NCBI GenBank assembly: GCA_013360985.1
Contig: JABWAM010000001.1
Coordinates: forward strand, 1 to 48,419
Length of the DNA: 48,419 bases
Origin: Verrucomicrobiia bacterium
GTDB lineage: Bacteria > Verrucomicrobiota > Verrucomicrobiia > JABWAM01
Direction: 5' to 3'
Positions 8,941-18,518 of this stretch are shown piece by piece; the first letter of the stretch is position 1, and each line of letters opens with the position of its first letter. The notes beneath the pieces are model-generated. The model worked only from the letters and a program-made list of their open reading frames with translations, did no database searches and was not told the origin of the DNA. The position numbers were made by a program, and so were the translations under genes.

Positions 8941-9435
8941 TCACATCGCCTCGAGAACCTCGCCGATGATCGCGCCGAGAAAGTGGATCTCGGCCAGGGC
9001 GACGCGCTGGGTCCCGTCGGCGATTTTCTCGAGGTCCGGTTCGAGGCGGGTATCCATCCAGCCGTGGCGCATGGCGAGCGCGAGGCGATGATCGTTCACG
9101 CCGGCGACAAACACCTCGGCCTCCGCCGAAGACAGGCGTAGCGTCGCCGGATCGCCCGATCCCTCGAGCGCCGCGATCCATCGCTTCAGCAGCGGGATGC
9201 GCTCGCCGCGGAGGGCGACCGCCTGGCGGAGCATCTCCTCGTGATCGGCGGAGCGGCCGCCGCCCGCGCTCTCCACTCCCTTGGGCCAATACCAGGCCGT
9301 CGAAGTCTTCGGATCCAAGTCGGCGAAATCGGCGCCGTAACGGCGCGCCAACGATTCCAAAACTTCCGATAGCCATTCAGCAAGCGATCGCTCGATCCGC
9401 AAAAGCACTCCCTCTTTTTCGCGGAGAACGATCAT
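8941..9435 (-). CDS. hypothetical protein, DUF2017-like (clpS-associated)
   Basis: 164 aa. Its ATG 9435 overlaps the clpS stop (ATGA). ORF 8941-9849 was trimmed accordingly. The motif FVAGVNDHRLALAMRHG recalls the DUF2017 family that sits next to clpS in Actinobacteria. That family call is from memory only. Confidence 0.55.
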   Translation of the reverse strand: MIVLREKEGVLLRIERSLAEWLSEVLESLARRYGADFADLDPKTSTAWYWPKGVESAGGGRSADHEEMLRQAVALRGERIPLLKRWIAALEGSGDPATLRLSSAEAEVFVAGVNDHRLALAMRHGWMDTRLEPDLEKIADGTQRVALAEIHFLGAIIGEVLEAM

Positions 9436-9737
9436 GCCGCCGGCTCCGCGCGCTCCAAGGTCACCCGCAATCCGTACTGCTGAATTTGCTGCCAGTACAA
9501 CTCCGCCTTTTCCCGTGACGCCGTCGCGACGCAGCTCCGTCCTCTCTGATGGACTTCGAGCATGTGGCGGGTCGCCTTTGGGCGGTCGAACCCAAGAACC
9601 CTCTGGAAAACGAACACCACGTAGCTCATCAGATTCACCTCGTCGTTCCAGACGATGACATTCCATCCGTGATCCGCCTCCGTCCGGGGCCGCGCTTCCT
9701 CGCCGACCTCCGCGTCGGGATGCGCCACGCCGCTCAT
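9432..9737 (-). CDS. clpS: ATP-dependent Clp protease adaptor ClpS
   Basis: 101 aa, WNVIVWNDEVNLMSYVVFVFQRVLGFDRPKATRHMLEVHQRGRS. Its ATG overlaps the hemB stop (ATGA at 9734-9737). Confidence 0.9.
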   Translation of the reverse strand: MSGVAHPDAEVGEEARPRTEADHGWNVIVWNDEVNLMSYVVFVFQRVLGFDRPKATRHMLEVHQRGRSCVATASREKAELYWQQIQQYGLRVTLERAEPAA

Positions 9738-10762
9738 CGCGCTTCTTCCCGCAGCGCGCGCGCCGCCTCGCGCGCGAAATAGGTGAGCAGAAAATCCGCT
9801 CCCGCGCGGTGAAGAGCGACGAGGCTCTCCAGCATCGCCGCGCGCCCATCGAGCCAGCCGTTCGCGGAGGCGGCCTTGATCATCGCGTATTCGCCGCTCA
9901 CTTGATAGGCGGCCAAAGGGACCTCGAGACGGTCGCGTAGATCGCGCAAGATATCGAGGCAGGGCATCCCGGGCTTGACCATGACGACATCGGCGCCCTG
10001 ATTCACGTCCGCGAGCGCCTCGGCGAGCGCCTCGCGACGCCGGCGGCCATCCATCTGATACGCGCGGCGGTCACCGAACGCAGGGGCGCTCTCCGCCGCC
10101 TCGCGGAACGGACCGTAAAACGCCGAAGCGTATTTCACCGCGTAACTCAGGATCGCGGTCTCCGCGAACCCCGCGGCGTCGAGCCCCGCGCGAATGCGCG
10201 CGACCATTCCATCCATCATCCCGCTCGGCGCCACGACGTCCGCGCCGGCGCGCGCGTGGTTTACCGCCTGACGGGAGAGGAGTTCGAGAGTGGCGTCGTT
10301 GTCCACGTTCCGCGGGCCATCCTTGTCGGCCGCCGAAAGCGGGCCGCAATGCCCGTGCGCGGTGTACTCGCAAAGGCACAGGTCGGTGATCGCGACCGCG
10401 GGCAAGCCCTTTCCGCGAACGAGGCGGAGCGTTTCGCAGACGACGTTCTCGGGGTCGAGCGCCGCGCTCCCCAGGTCGTTCTTCTGCTCCCGCGGGATCA
10501 CGCCGAAGAAAATGAATGCGCGAATTCCTTCGGCGAGCGCTTCCTCGATCTCCCGCATCGCCTCGTCGGGAGAGAGTTGAAAGACACAGGGCATCGAAGC
10601 GACCGGATGCCGCCGGGCGCGGCCGGGAACGAGAAACAGCGGCAGGACCAACCGGGCGGGATCGAGGCGCACCTCGGCGACGAGATCGCGCAGCGCGGCT
10701 GAACGCCGCAGCCGTCGGAAGCGCGGAAACGCGGGCAAAAGCGATCGGGGGAAATCGGACAT
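9734..10762 (-). CDS. hemB: porphobilinogen synthase (delta-aminolevulinate dehydratase), Zn-type
   Basis: FPRFRRLRRSAALRDLV N-terminus. Cys-rich Zn site DLCLCEYTAHGHCG. Active-site region VMVKPGMPCLDIL and YQVSGEYAMIKAA. ATG 10762 preferred over the TTG at 10780. Confidence 0.92.
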   Translation of the reverse strand: MSDFPRSLLPAFPRFRRLRRSAALRDLVAEVRLDPARLVLPLFLVPGRARRHPVASMPCVFQLSPDEAMREIEEALAEGIRAFIFFGVIPREQKNDLGSAALDPENVVCETLRLVRGKGLPAVAITDLCLCEYTAHGHCGPLSAADKDGPRNVDNDATLELLSRQAVNHARAGADVVAPSGMMDGMVARIRAGLDAAGFAETAILSYAVKYASAFYGPFREAAESAPAFGDRRAYQMDGRRRREALAEALADVNQGADVVMVKPGMPCLDILRDLRDRLEVPLAAYQVSGEYAMIKAASANGWLDGRAAMLESLVALHRAGADFLLTYFAREAARALREEAR

Positions 10763-10889
10763 GGGAGATCGAGGGATCAACGTGGCGCCCTCAGATTATC
10801 ATGCCTCCTTGCCAAAAACAGAGATCAAAACGTCGCGAGAAATGATCCGTTGGATTGACCACGGCCATCCCGACCTCAAAATCTCGGGA

Positions 10890-11849
10890 ATGAAGCCTTT
10901 ACTGATCGCCGCGGGATTCGCTCTCGCAACCGCGGTCCACGCCTACGACCCGCTCGCGACGGATGGCGTCGCCTCCGCCACGACCCGCGATCTTACGGTA
11001 AATGACGCCTCCCGCCATCGTGAAATCCCGGTGCGCGTCTTCTTGCCGTCTGCACCTCATGCCGCGCCGGTCGTGATGTTTAGCCACGGGCTGGGCGGTT
11101 CGCGATCCGGTAGCGCCTATCTCGGCGAGCATTGGGCGGCGCGCGGTTATGTCGTCGTTTATCTGCAACATCCGGGCAGCGATGCCGGTATATGGAAAGA
11201 CAAGCCGATCGCAGAGCGGATGCAGGCCCTGGAAAAGGCCGCCAGCGGCAAGAACCTCCGCTTGCGCGTCCAGGATGTGACGGCGACGCTCGACCAACTC
11301 GCGGCATGGAACGCGACGACCGGACATGCGCTGACCGGCCGTCTCGATTTGCGGCACGTCGGCATGTCCGGACACTCGTTCGGGGCGGTCACCTCGCAAG
11401 TCGTCAGCGGCCAGCGCTTCCCGTTCGGCGATCACGCCGATCCTCGAATCGGAGCTGTCCTTGCGCTCAGTCCAAGCGCGCCGCGGCTTGGCAGCGCGGA
11501 AAAGGCGTTGAGGCGCGTGAAGATTCCGTGTCTGTTGATGACCGGCACGAAAGACGCCTCGTCCATCGGCCATGCGACGCCTGTCTCCCGTCGCGCCGTG
11601 TTCGCGGCTCTTCCTCCCGGAGACAAATATGAACTCGTGCTCGATCTCGCCGAGCACTCGGCGTTCACCGATCACGCCCTACCGGGCGATGTCGAGCGGC
11701 GCAATCCGAACCATCATCGCGCGATCCTGGCCATCAGCACCGCTTTTTGGGACGCGTATCTGACCGGAAACGCGGACGCAAAACGATGGCTCGACGGCGC
11801 CGGCCCACGCTCGGTTCTCGAAGCCAAAGACCAGTGGCAGCGAAAGTAG
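10890..11849 (+). CDS. secreted alpha/beta hydrolase (PAF-acetylhydrolase/dienelactone hydrolase-like)
   Basis: Signal peptide MKPLLIAAGFALATAVHA at the internal ATG 10890. VVMFSHGLGGSRS and nucleophile elbow MSGHSFGA. Confidence 0.7.
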   Translation: MKPLLIAAGFALATAVHAYDPLATDGVASATTRDLTVNDASRHREIPVRVFLPSAPHAAPVVMFSHGLGGSRSGSAYLGEHWAARGYVVVYLQHPGSDAGIWKDKPIAERMQALEKAASGKNLRLRVQDVTATLDQLAAWNATTGHALTGRLDLRHVGMSGHSFGAVTSQVVSGQRFPFGDHADPRIGAVLALSPSAPRLGSAEKALRRVKIPCLLMTGTKDASSIGHATPVSRRAVFAALPPGDKYELVLDLAEHSAFTDHALPGDVERRNPNHHRAILAISTAFWDAYLTGNADAKRWLDGAGPRSVLEAKDQWQRK

Positions 11850-11893
11850 GATCACGAAAGGCCCGCATGCCTCGATCCTCTCAATCCTTGTGA

Positions 11894-12064
11894 TCACAAA
11901 CGCGTCCGTTCCTCCTCCCCGCTGGCCGCGACGTCGTTGACGTCGTTCGGCATTTGAAGTTTTCTGGAAGGAAACGGCGGCGGCTCAGCCCGAATCGTTC
12001 CGCTTCCCATAAGCAGATGGTTCTCCATGCCAATCTGCGCGCGCGCGCTTCGCGGCTCGTTCAT
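11894..12064 (-). CDS. possible 56-aa small protein
   Basis: ATG 12064 overlaps the stop of the upstream membrane-protein gene (ATGA at 12061-12064). Lower-GC stretch. No recognisable family. Confidence 0.25.
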   Translation of the reverse strand: MNEPRSARAQIGMENHLLMGSGTIRAEPPPFPSRKLQMPNDVNDVAASGEEERTRL

Positions 12065-12423
12065 CCCTCTGCCGCGGCGTGGGGAAGGTGGCGCGCCTGC
12101 TTGGCTTCTCGCAAAAATTTCAAGCCGCTCGCGAGACCCCAGCCCCAGGCGGCCAGAGAAAGCGCGAGGCCGAGAAGACCAATCCAGGACCACGGAGGCG
12201 CATTTCCGTTCCAACGCCCCTCGATCGCCCAGAGCAGCGCCGAACGAAGGCTCCACCCCATGAGCGCGACAAAACCCAGCAACGCAAGCGCCATCTGCGC
12301 GAACGCGCCGGGTTTCCCCGCGAGCCGGGTGCCCAGCCCGGGCAACACCAAGAGGTTGGCGACGAGACACGCGCGCGCGGTGGCGCGGTCAGGAAGTGGC
12401 GGCGGAGGCGCCGAAGAGTTCAT
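12061..12423 (-). CDS. small integral membrane protein (3 predicted TM segments)
   Basis: 120 aa from ATG 12423, MNSSAPPPPLPDR...CLVANLLVLPGLGTRLAG...ALALLGFVALMGW...WIGLLGLALSLAAWGWGL. Overlaps the 3' end of the GYF gene by 35 nt in another frame. Start uncertain. Confidence 0.45.
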   Translation of the reverse strand: MNSSAPPPPLPDRATARACLVANLLVLPGLGTRLAGKPGAFAQMALALLGFVALMGWSLRSALLWAIEGRWNGNAPPWSWIGLLGLALSLAAWGWGLASGLKFLREAKQARHLPHAAAEG

Positions 12424-13306
12424 CGTACGCCGCGGCCAACGAAGCCGCGCAGACCGGCAGGGCGACCAGCACGCCGACACCAAGGGCCAGAACTCCCGCA
12501 ATCACGATTAGGCTGCAGGCGATCAGCAGGCCGAGGACCGATCCGAAGCGGCGGAACACCGCTTTGCGGCTCGTCTCCATCGCCCGCCAGAACCCTAGCC
12601 CCCGATCAATGACCAGTGGAAAAGAAAACATCCACATCGCGCTCAGGATGATGAGGCCGACGAGCAAAAGCACCCCGAGAAGCGTAAGCAGCATGAGGGT
12701 CATCCCCGACGGCGTCTTTCCTCCGGAAAGGTCGAACCCAATGGCGATCACCGGAATCACGGCGATCAGAATCACGCCAAAGATGATCACGCCCTGCACG
12801 ACGCCGGCGAGAACAAGGTCTTTGGTGTTCCGCCGAAACCCCGCGAAGGCGTCGCCAAGCTCCGCATTTTCCCCTCGGAGCAAACGGAGGAAATACCAGT
12901 AAAGCCCTCCATAGAGGATCCCTTGCGCCACCAAAGCGAGGATCCCGCCGAGGAGAGGCACGGCCGAAATCAGCAGGTAAACGAGCGTCACCAGAAGGGT
13001 CACGCCGATCGTGGGGAAAAAGCGGTTTCGCACGATTCCCCATCCGCGTCCGAGACAGTTCCTTACGGAAAACCCGCGCGTTTCATCCGGCGTCCACGCG
13101 AGCGGGGTGAACACAACCGGCGGCGAGTCAGAACGCGCGGCTTCTCCCGCGATCTCGGGATACGCGGAGAGCGGTTTCCACTCGCGGCTTCCCACCGGAC
13201 ACACCTGCGTATCGGCGTTGACGCGGCGGTCGGCCAACCAGGCGCGAAGATCCTCCGCGGAGACCGGCCCGTACTGTTTTCCGTCCCAGCCGATGATTTG
13301 GTACAT
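12389..13306 (-). CDS. GYF_2-domain polytopic membrane protein
   Basis: N-terminus MYQIIGWDGKQYGPVSAEDLRAWLADRRVNADTQVCPVGSREWKPLSAYPEI is a bacterial GYF_2-type domain. It is followed by about 6 hydrophobic helices. Confidence 0.7.
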   Translation of the reverse strand: MYQIIGWDGKQYGPVSAEDLRAWLADRRVNADTQVCPVGSREWKPLSAYPEIAGEAARSDSPPVVFTPLAWTPDETRGFSVRNCLGRGWGIVRNRFFPTIGVTLLVTLVYLLISAVPLLGGILALVAQGILYGGLYWYFLRLLRGENAELGDAFAGFRRNTKDLVLAGVVQGVIIFGVILIAVIPVIAIGFDLSGGKTPSGMTLMLLTLLGVLLLVGLIILSAMWMFSFPLVIDRGLGFWRAMETSRKAVFRRFGSVLGLLIACSLIVIAGVLALGVGVLVALPVCAASLAAAYDELFGASAATS

Positions 13307-13383
13307 AAAACCCCTCTTTTCTTCGCGACCGGATTTTCCTTTTAGCAGTCCTCCGTCGTCATGGCGAGACCAAACTCAACGTC

Positions 13384-14472
13384 TCACCGGGGAGAGTTCG
13401 ACAGGATGCTTTTCTGAAAGCTTTGGATGGATTGTTTAATCTCGCGCATCATCACCAATCCCCAGGCCATGCGCGGCGTTCCGCGCGTCGCCTCAAGCAG
13501 ATATGCGGAGAGAAAATCCCCGCGCCAAACCAGCGTCGCCTCGCCGCCCTCCGTGGAGATCGGCCAGAGGTGGTAAAGCGTGAGCATGACGTAATAGGCG
13601 TTGCTGGAGAAATACTGGACATCGAGCACCTGGATCTCGCCGTTCGACAGCGGCTTGACGAAGACCGCGCCGAGATCGAAGGTCGCGACGATCTGCGCGT
13701 TCAGCAACTCCGCGTAGCCGGCGCCTTTCAAACGCGTCTCGGTTTTCGAGGGGAAAAGCCCGACCTCTTCCAGCAATCCCTGAAACCGCGCCTGAACTTC
13801 GGGCTCCTCGCGCATCAAACGCCGCATCTCTTCGCCGGGCGACACGGGATTTTTTTCCATGTCATAGGGCGAGACCGCCGAAATCCCTTTCTCCTGAAAT
13901 TCCCGGAGGCGCCCCAACAAAAGGTCGGTCCAGGCGCGTTGAGCGATCACGGCGGGCGCGCTTCCCGCGCTCTTGCCCTCGCGCACCACCTCCTCCATGC
14001 GCGTCGCCTCGCCGCGGCTCATGCAGAAGTCGGTGGAGGTCGCCGTGACTTTCAGCGTGCGCTCCACGAGGCGCTGCACGTCGGAGTTCCGAAGGTTCAA
14101 CGCCAAGCCCGCGAGATCCGCCTCGCGGACCGGAGACCCGATCTTCGCGTGAAAATAGACGTTCTCGTTGTCGACCGGGGGCGCCGCCGTCTGAATGCGC
14201 TCGGCCACGGCGGCGGGAGAACGCCGCACCACGTAGCAGCTTTGACCGCTGATCCCGCGCCGAAAATCAGTGAGCGGCCCGCGCTCCGTGAGGACTTCAC
14301 CTTGAATCAGCTTCGGGAGATCCACCTCGGAAAACAAGGAAAAGGCCTGAAGCTGCTCCACGGCGTCCTTCGCCGCGAGACGCGCGGAAGGAAAGAAAAC
14401 CGCCATCATGACCCACAGCGCGACGCCGTGCCGCGCCGCGCGCGTCAGCAAACTCCGAAACTCGGGATGCAT
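13384..14472 (-). CDS. hypothetical secreted protein
   Basis: 362-aa ORF from ATG 14472 with an N-terminal hydrophobic signal (GVALWVMMAVFFPSARLAA). Composition is protein-like. G+C is lower (45-62% on hand-counted lines). No family recognised. Confidence 0.6.
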   Translation of the reverse strand: MHPEFRSLLTRAARHGVALWVMMAVFFPSARLAAKDAVEQLQAFSLFSEVDLPKLIQGEVLTERGPLTDFRRGISGQSCYVVRRSPAAVAERIQTAAPPVDNENVYFHAKIGSPVREADLAGLALNLRNSDVQRLVERTLKVTATSTDFCMSRGEATRMEEVVREGKSAGSAPAVIAQRAWTDLLLGRLREFQEKGISAVSPYDMEKNPVSPGEEMRRLMREEPEVQARFQGLLEEVGLFPSKTETRLKGAGYAELLNAQIVATFDLGAVFVKPLSNGEIQVLDVQYFSSNAYYVMLTLYHLWPISTEGGEATLVWRGDFLSAYLLEATRGTPRMAWGLVMMREIKQSIQSFQKSILSNSPR

Positions 14473-14515
14473 GGCCGGGGTGCACTATCATTTCCGCTCC
14501 GCAAATTCAAGAAAA

Positions 14516-17023
14516 TCACGAAACGCCCAAGGCAAGTCGCCCCTTGATCCGCAGCGTCGCCAAGGCTTCCTGCCGAGCGGACAACCAGCGCACCCTCACG
14601 CGGCGGCCATTCACATCGAGGACCGGAGGCCTCGGACTCCAGAAGTGCAGACGCACGAATCCCGGCGAAAGCAACGTCGCCCGCAAGCGCCCTTTGCCGA
14701 CCGTCGCGTCGCGCACCGGGCATGCGCCCGCCGAAAGGAGAACGGGATGCTCCGGCGTCCGGTCCGTCTTGAGGATCCGCACCTCCTGATCGAAGGCCTT
14801 TCCGCGCGGCTGAATCTGACAAATGCCGCGGCGCGCCGCGCCGTTGACGGTCATCGAGGCGATCCAGCGCCCGCGTCCGCGCACACGCACCGACCAGCGG
14901 CGTCCGCCCCAATGGAAATTGCGCAGCGCGACGTCCCGTCCGCTGTCGCCGAGGAGGTATTCGAGCGGGCCGCGGTCGAAACGCAGGCCCGCCACCGCCT
15001 CGATCAACCCCATCCACCACGCGAAGAGGCTCATCCCCTGCCACCAAGACGTCGCGAGATCGAGGTTCTCGGGTTTGTAACGGCCGCCCGGATACGCATG
15101 GAAAAGGTTTTCGTGGATGAGGCGGTCGCTGGCGTAGTGCTTGAGAAAAAGACCCGTTTGCAGGTCGAGCAATTCCCGGTCTCCCGCCAGGCGGGCCAGC
15201 CTCAGGCTTTCGCGCGTCTGGTTTTGCACCCAGTTGTCTTTCCATCGCGCATACACCGGTTCATCGCGGCGATCCCTAGGCGCCACCGCCAAACCGAGTT
15301 CGGGATGACGGAACCGCGTTCGCACGCATTCGGCGAGGCGCTCCGCGACCTCCAGGAGAAGCTGCTCTCCGTAACCTTGGAACGCCAAGAGCGACGTGAG
15401 GCGCAAAAAGGGATTCCGATGGACGGGATCCTCCTTGAACCAGACGGAATCGATGAGGAACTCCTCCTTCGCGTCGTAGAAAAGCGGGAGAAAATTCGCC
15501 TCGAGACGGCGCGCCGTGCGGACGCACGCGCGCAGCGTTTGCTCGTCGCCGAGGATGGCGGCAAGTTCCGCCCCCTGCGTCAACCCGCTGTACCATCCCG
15601 CCATGTCTTCCACGCCGCAGAGGCGGCTCGTCAGCGTGTTGTTTTCCCGGCGATCCTCGAACGCCGGCCGGCCGCATTGTTCCGGATAATCCGCGCCGCC
15701 AAAACAGGACCCGACGAGGCCGAACTTCGAGGCGCGACCGCACATCGCGCGAAGCGATTTCGCGAAACTCGGATAGAGTTCCTCCAACGCGGCGCGGTCT
15801 CCCGAACGGAAGAAATACTGGTGGAGAAGCGCGAGCCCCCACATCTCGTGGTTGATGTGATAGCCGTCGCCCAATTCGCGATCCATGTCCGGCGTGCGAA
15901 AATTGTGGTCGTGGATCGGCCCGAAGTCGTAGTCCACGCACATCGGGATCGCGCCATTCGGCCCGCGCGAGGCATCGAGGAAGCGCAGGTAACGCAGGAC
16001 CGTGTCGCCGCTGCCGCAGGCGTTGAGAACCATCGCGGGCCACTCGCCATCCCAGCCATGAAACATCCCGTATCCGCGCGTGGAAGCGCGGAGGCCGACC
16101 TCGCGCGCGTTCCGGACGCACCGCATGGACTCCTGAAAGAGCGGAGCGACGCGCATCATCTCTTCAAACGCGGACGGCCATCCCGCCACCGCGATCCGCG
16201 GCGTTTTCTCCGCGACCTTTCGATAGCGCGCGATCTGTTCCGCCAGCCACGCCCTCCGCTGTTCGCGCGCGTCGCGCCACAGCCATTCCACCTCGCGAAG
16301 GTCTTCGCCGAACACCATGACGAACCGCGCGGGCGCTTCCGGACCAAACTCCACCCGCAAGCGGCGAATCGCGCCGTCGAACGCGTGAACCGCGGGCGAA
16401 AGCGCGGCGATCATCGAGCAGGCCTCATGACGATGGCGCGTATTGATCTTCGCCGCGGGCCCTACGACGAACCGCCGGCGAAGGTTGTAGCGCAGGGCGC
16501 AAAATTGCTCGTCAAAGACGGGCGCATCCCACGCCGCATCGTCTTCGTTGTGATGCGCGAGAAACCCTTCGCGCACCTCGAAGGCGACCCGCGCCCGCGC
16601 CGAAGCGCTCCATTCGAAAATCACTGCGTTCCCCCGAATCCAAACGGCGCGATCGAAGGTCGCCCCGCGCGCAAGGAACCGTCCGGACACGCCAAACGGC
16701 GTCAGGAGGAGATCTTTGAACTCCGCGCGGAGCGGCGATCCTTCGAACTCCAGCGCGAAGGAAATCACCGGCTCGGGAAAGAAGGCTTCCCGGCGCCAGA
16801 TGCCGTTCGAATAGAAAGCGCCTCGCCGCGGTCCATCCGTCCGCCGCGGCCCCTGGTATTCGACGCAATTGATCCCGCCCGATCGGTCGAGAACCACCGA
16901 GACCGGCCCGTCGCAGATCGCGTACTCCTTGTGCGGCAATCCCTCGGGCAGGGAAATGCCGAGGCGTTCGAGGGTTTTGCGTGAGGTCGTCGAGATCATG
17001 GGGGCCCGCGGCGCGCCAAACAT
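14516..17023 (-). CDS. large hypothetical protein, possible (alpha/alpha)6 six-hairpin glycosidase-like enzyme
   Basis: 835-aa ORF (alternative ATG at 16999). Segments GMFHGWDGEWPAMVLNACG, INHEMWGLALLHQYFF and GVEDMAGWYSGL resemble GH63/GH37/GH15-type barrels. The coding call is solid but the function call is weak. Confidence 0.55.
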   Translation of the reverse strand: MFGAPRAPMISTTSRKTLERLGISLPEGLPHKEYAICDGPVSVVLDRSGGINCVEYQGPRRTDGPRRGAFYSNGIWRREAFFPEPVISFALEFEGSPLRAEFKDLLLTPFGVSGRFLARGATFDRAVWIRGNAVIFEWSASARARVAFEVREGFLAHHNEDDAAWDAPVFDEQFCALRYNLRRRFVVGPAAKINTRHRHEACSMIAALSPAVHAFDGAIRRLRVEFGPEAPARFVMVFGEDLREVEWLWRDAREQRRAWLAEQIARYRKVAEKTPRIAVAGWPSAFEEMMRVAPLFQESMRCVRNAREVGLRASTRGYGMFHGWDGEWPAMVLNACGSGDTVLRYLRFLDASRGPNGAIPMCVDYDFGPIHDHNFRTPDMDRELGDGYHINHEMWGLALLHQYFFRSGDRAALEELYPSFAKSLRAMCGRASKFGLVGSCFGGADYPEQCGRPAFEDRRENNTLTSRLCGVEDMAGWYSGLTQGAELAAILGDEQTLRACVRTARRLEANFLPLFYDAKEEFLIDSVWFKEDPVHRNPFLRLTSLLAFQGYGEQLLLEVAERLAECVRTRFRHPELGLAVAPRDRRDEPVYARWKDNWVQNQTRESLRLARLAGDRELLDLQTGLFLKHYASDRLIHENLFHAYPGGRYKPENLDLATSWWQGMSLFAWWMGLIEAVAGLRFDRGPLEYLLGDSGRDVALRNFHWGGRRWSVRVRGRGRWIASMTVNGAARRGICQIQPRGKAFDQEVRILKTDRTPEHPVLLSAGACPVRDATVGKGRLRATLLSPGFVRLHFWSPRPPVLDVNGRRVRVRWLSARQEALATLRIKGRLALGVS

Positions 17024-17198
17024 TCAACAAGGTCTCCCTGCGCAAAGCGAGAGGATGCTGCGGACGCGAGAAGGCGATTCCTCATCCCTTCTTGGAAACA
17101 CCGGTCCCGCGCGCGCGGCGGCTCGCCCGACCGCAAAGCATCGTTGCGCGGGTTCGTTTCATCTTGCGCGCCGGCGAGAAACCGGAAGACTTGACTGC

Positions 17199-18485
17199 GT
17201 GAAAACTGCGCGCCTCGCCATTCTGGGCGGCAAACCCGCAATCCCACGCGACATCGGTTTCCGTTTCTGGCCTCCGATCTCCAAGCTCGATGAACGCCTG
17301 GCGCTCGCGTCGCTCCGTCAGCCCATGCACGCATGGGGACCGCACTGCATCGCGCTGCAGGAAGAGTTTGCCCGGTGGAACGGCAACCGGTTCTGCATGC
17401 CGACCAACAGCGGCACCGCCGCGCTCCACATGGGCCTCGCGGCGTGCGGCGTCACTGCCGGCGACGAGGTGATCACCACCTCGCTCTCCTGGACCAGCAC
17501 GGCGACCTGCATCATCCATCACAACGCCCTCCCCGTCTTCGTGGACGTCGAGTGGGACGCGATGCACCTCGATCCCGCGAAGATCGAGGCGGCGATCACC
17601 CGCAAAACCCGGGCGATCTTGCCCGTCCACTACTGGGGCGTCGCGTGCGACATGGACCCCATTCTTCGCATCGCCCGACGCCACAAACTCGCCGTGATCG
17701 AGGACGCCTGCCAGGCCCATGGCGCCCTCTACCGCGGGAAAAAGGTCGGCACGCTCGGCGACGTCGCCGCATTCAGTTTCAACCAGAACAAAAGCCTCTG
17801 CGGCGGCGAGGGCGGCGTCTTCGTCACGAACGACAAGAAAAAGTTCAAGCTTGGACGCCGCGTGGTGAGCTTCGGCGAGATGCGCCCCGCGCACTCCGGG
17901 CGCTTCTACGACCCCGCAGGGCTCGGATGGATGTATCGCACCTCCGACCTGCCCGCGGCGTTCGCGCTCGCCCAGTTGCGCAAGCTCGACGAAAACAATC
18001 GTCGCGCACAAGCGAACTGGCGCCGCCTCCACGAAGGCCTCGCGGGAACGCCGCATCTGATCCGTCCGTACACCTCGAAGGATCGCCCGACCAACGGGTA
18101 TGCGTATGTGCTGCGCACCGAAAAACGCGTCGCCGACGCGCGCGGCGCAAGCTGGCGCGCGTTGACCGACGCGATCGTCGAGGCGCTCCGCGCCGAAGGT
18201 TTGCCCTGCAACCCGGCGCGCTGGGTGCTCCCGGGACACACGGTCTTTCAGGTGAAAGACGCCTACGGCCACGGTTCGCCCTGGACCGATCGCCACGCGC
18301 GCCGAGGCCTCCGGTACGACCTCACCCAATATCCGATCGCCCAGGCCTGCGCCGATTCCTCGATCTGGGTCGGGGTGAACACCCATCGCCCGCCCAATGG
18401 CGCGCGACAAGTGGACGCCGTGATCGCGGCGATCCGCAAAGTGTACGAAAATCTCGATCGCCTCCCGATTCGAACGAAACCGTAA
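17199..18485 (+). CDS. DegT/DnrJ/EryC1/StrS-family PLP-dependent sugar aminotransferase
   Basis: GTG 17199 gives MKTARLAILGGKPAIP. NSGTAALHMGLAACGVTAGDEVI, ILPVHYWGVACDMD, IEDACQAHGA and the PLP-lysine region AFSFNQNKSLCGGEGG are present. Confidence 0.85.
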   Translation: MKTARLAILGGKPAIPRDIGFRFWPPISKLDERLALASLRQPMHAWGPHCIALQEEFARWNGNRFCMPTNSGTAALHMGLAACGVTAGDEVITTSLSWTSTATCIIHHNALPVFVDVEWDAMHLDPAKIEAAITRKTRAILPVHYWGVACDMDPILRIARRHKLAVIEDACQAHGALYRGKKVGTLGDVAAFSFNQNKSLCGGEGGVFVTNDKKKFKLGRRVVSFGEMRPAHSGRFYDPAGLGWMYRTSDLPAAFALAQLRKLDENNRRAQANWRRLHEGLAGTPHLIRPYTSKDRPTNGYAYVLRTEKRVADARGASWRALTDAIVEALRAEGLPCNPARWVLPGHTVFQVKDAYGHGSPWTDRHARRGLRYDLTQYPIAQACADSSIWVGVNTHRPPNGARQVDAVIAAIRKVYENLDRLPIRTKP

Positions 18486-18518
18486 CCCGGCAAAGCGCGC
18501 GGACCGCGCACGCGCCAT

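Noticed and set aside
14408-16984. 858-aa plus-strand ORF antisense to the 835-aa gene
   Set aside because: It shows the same high-GC antisense effect. The composition is Arg-rich and low in complexity, whereas the minus-strand frame has balanced composition and enzyme-like motifs.
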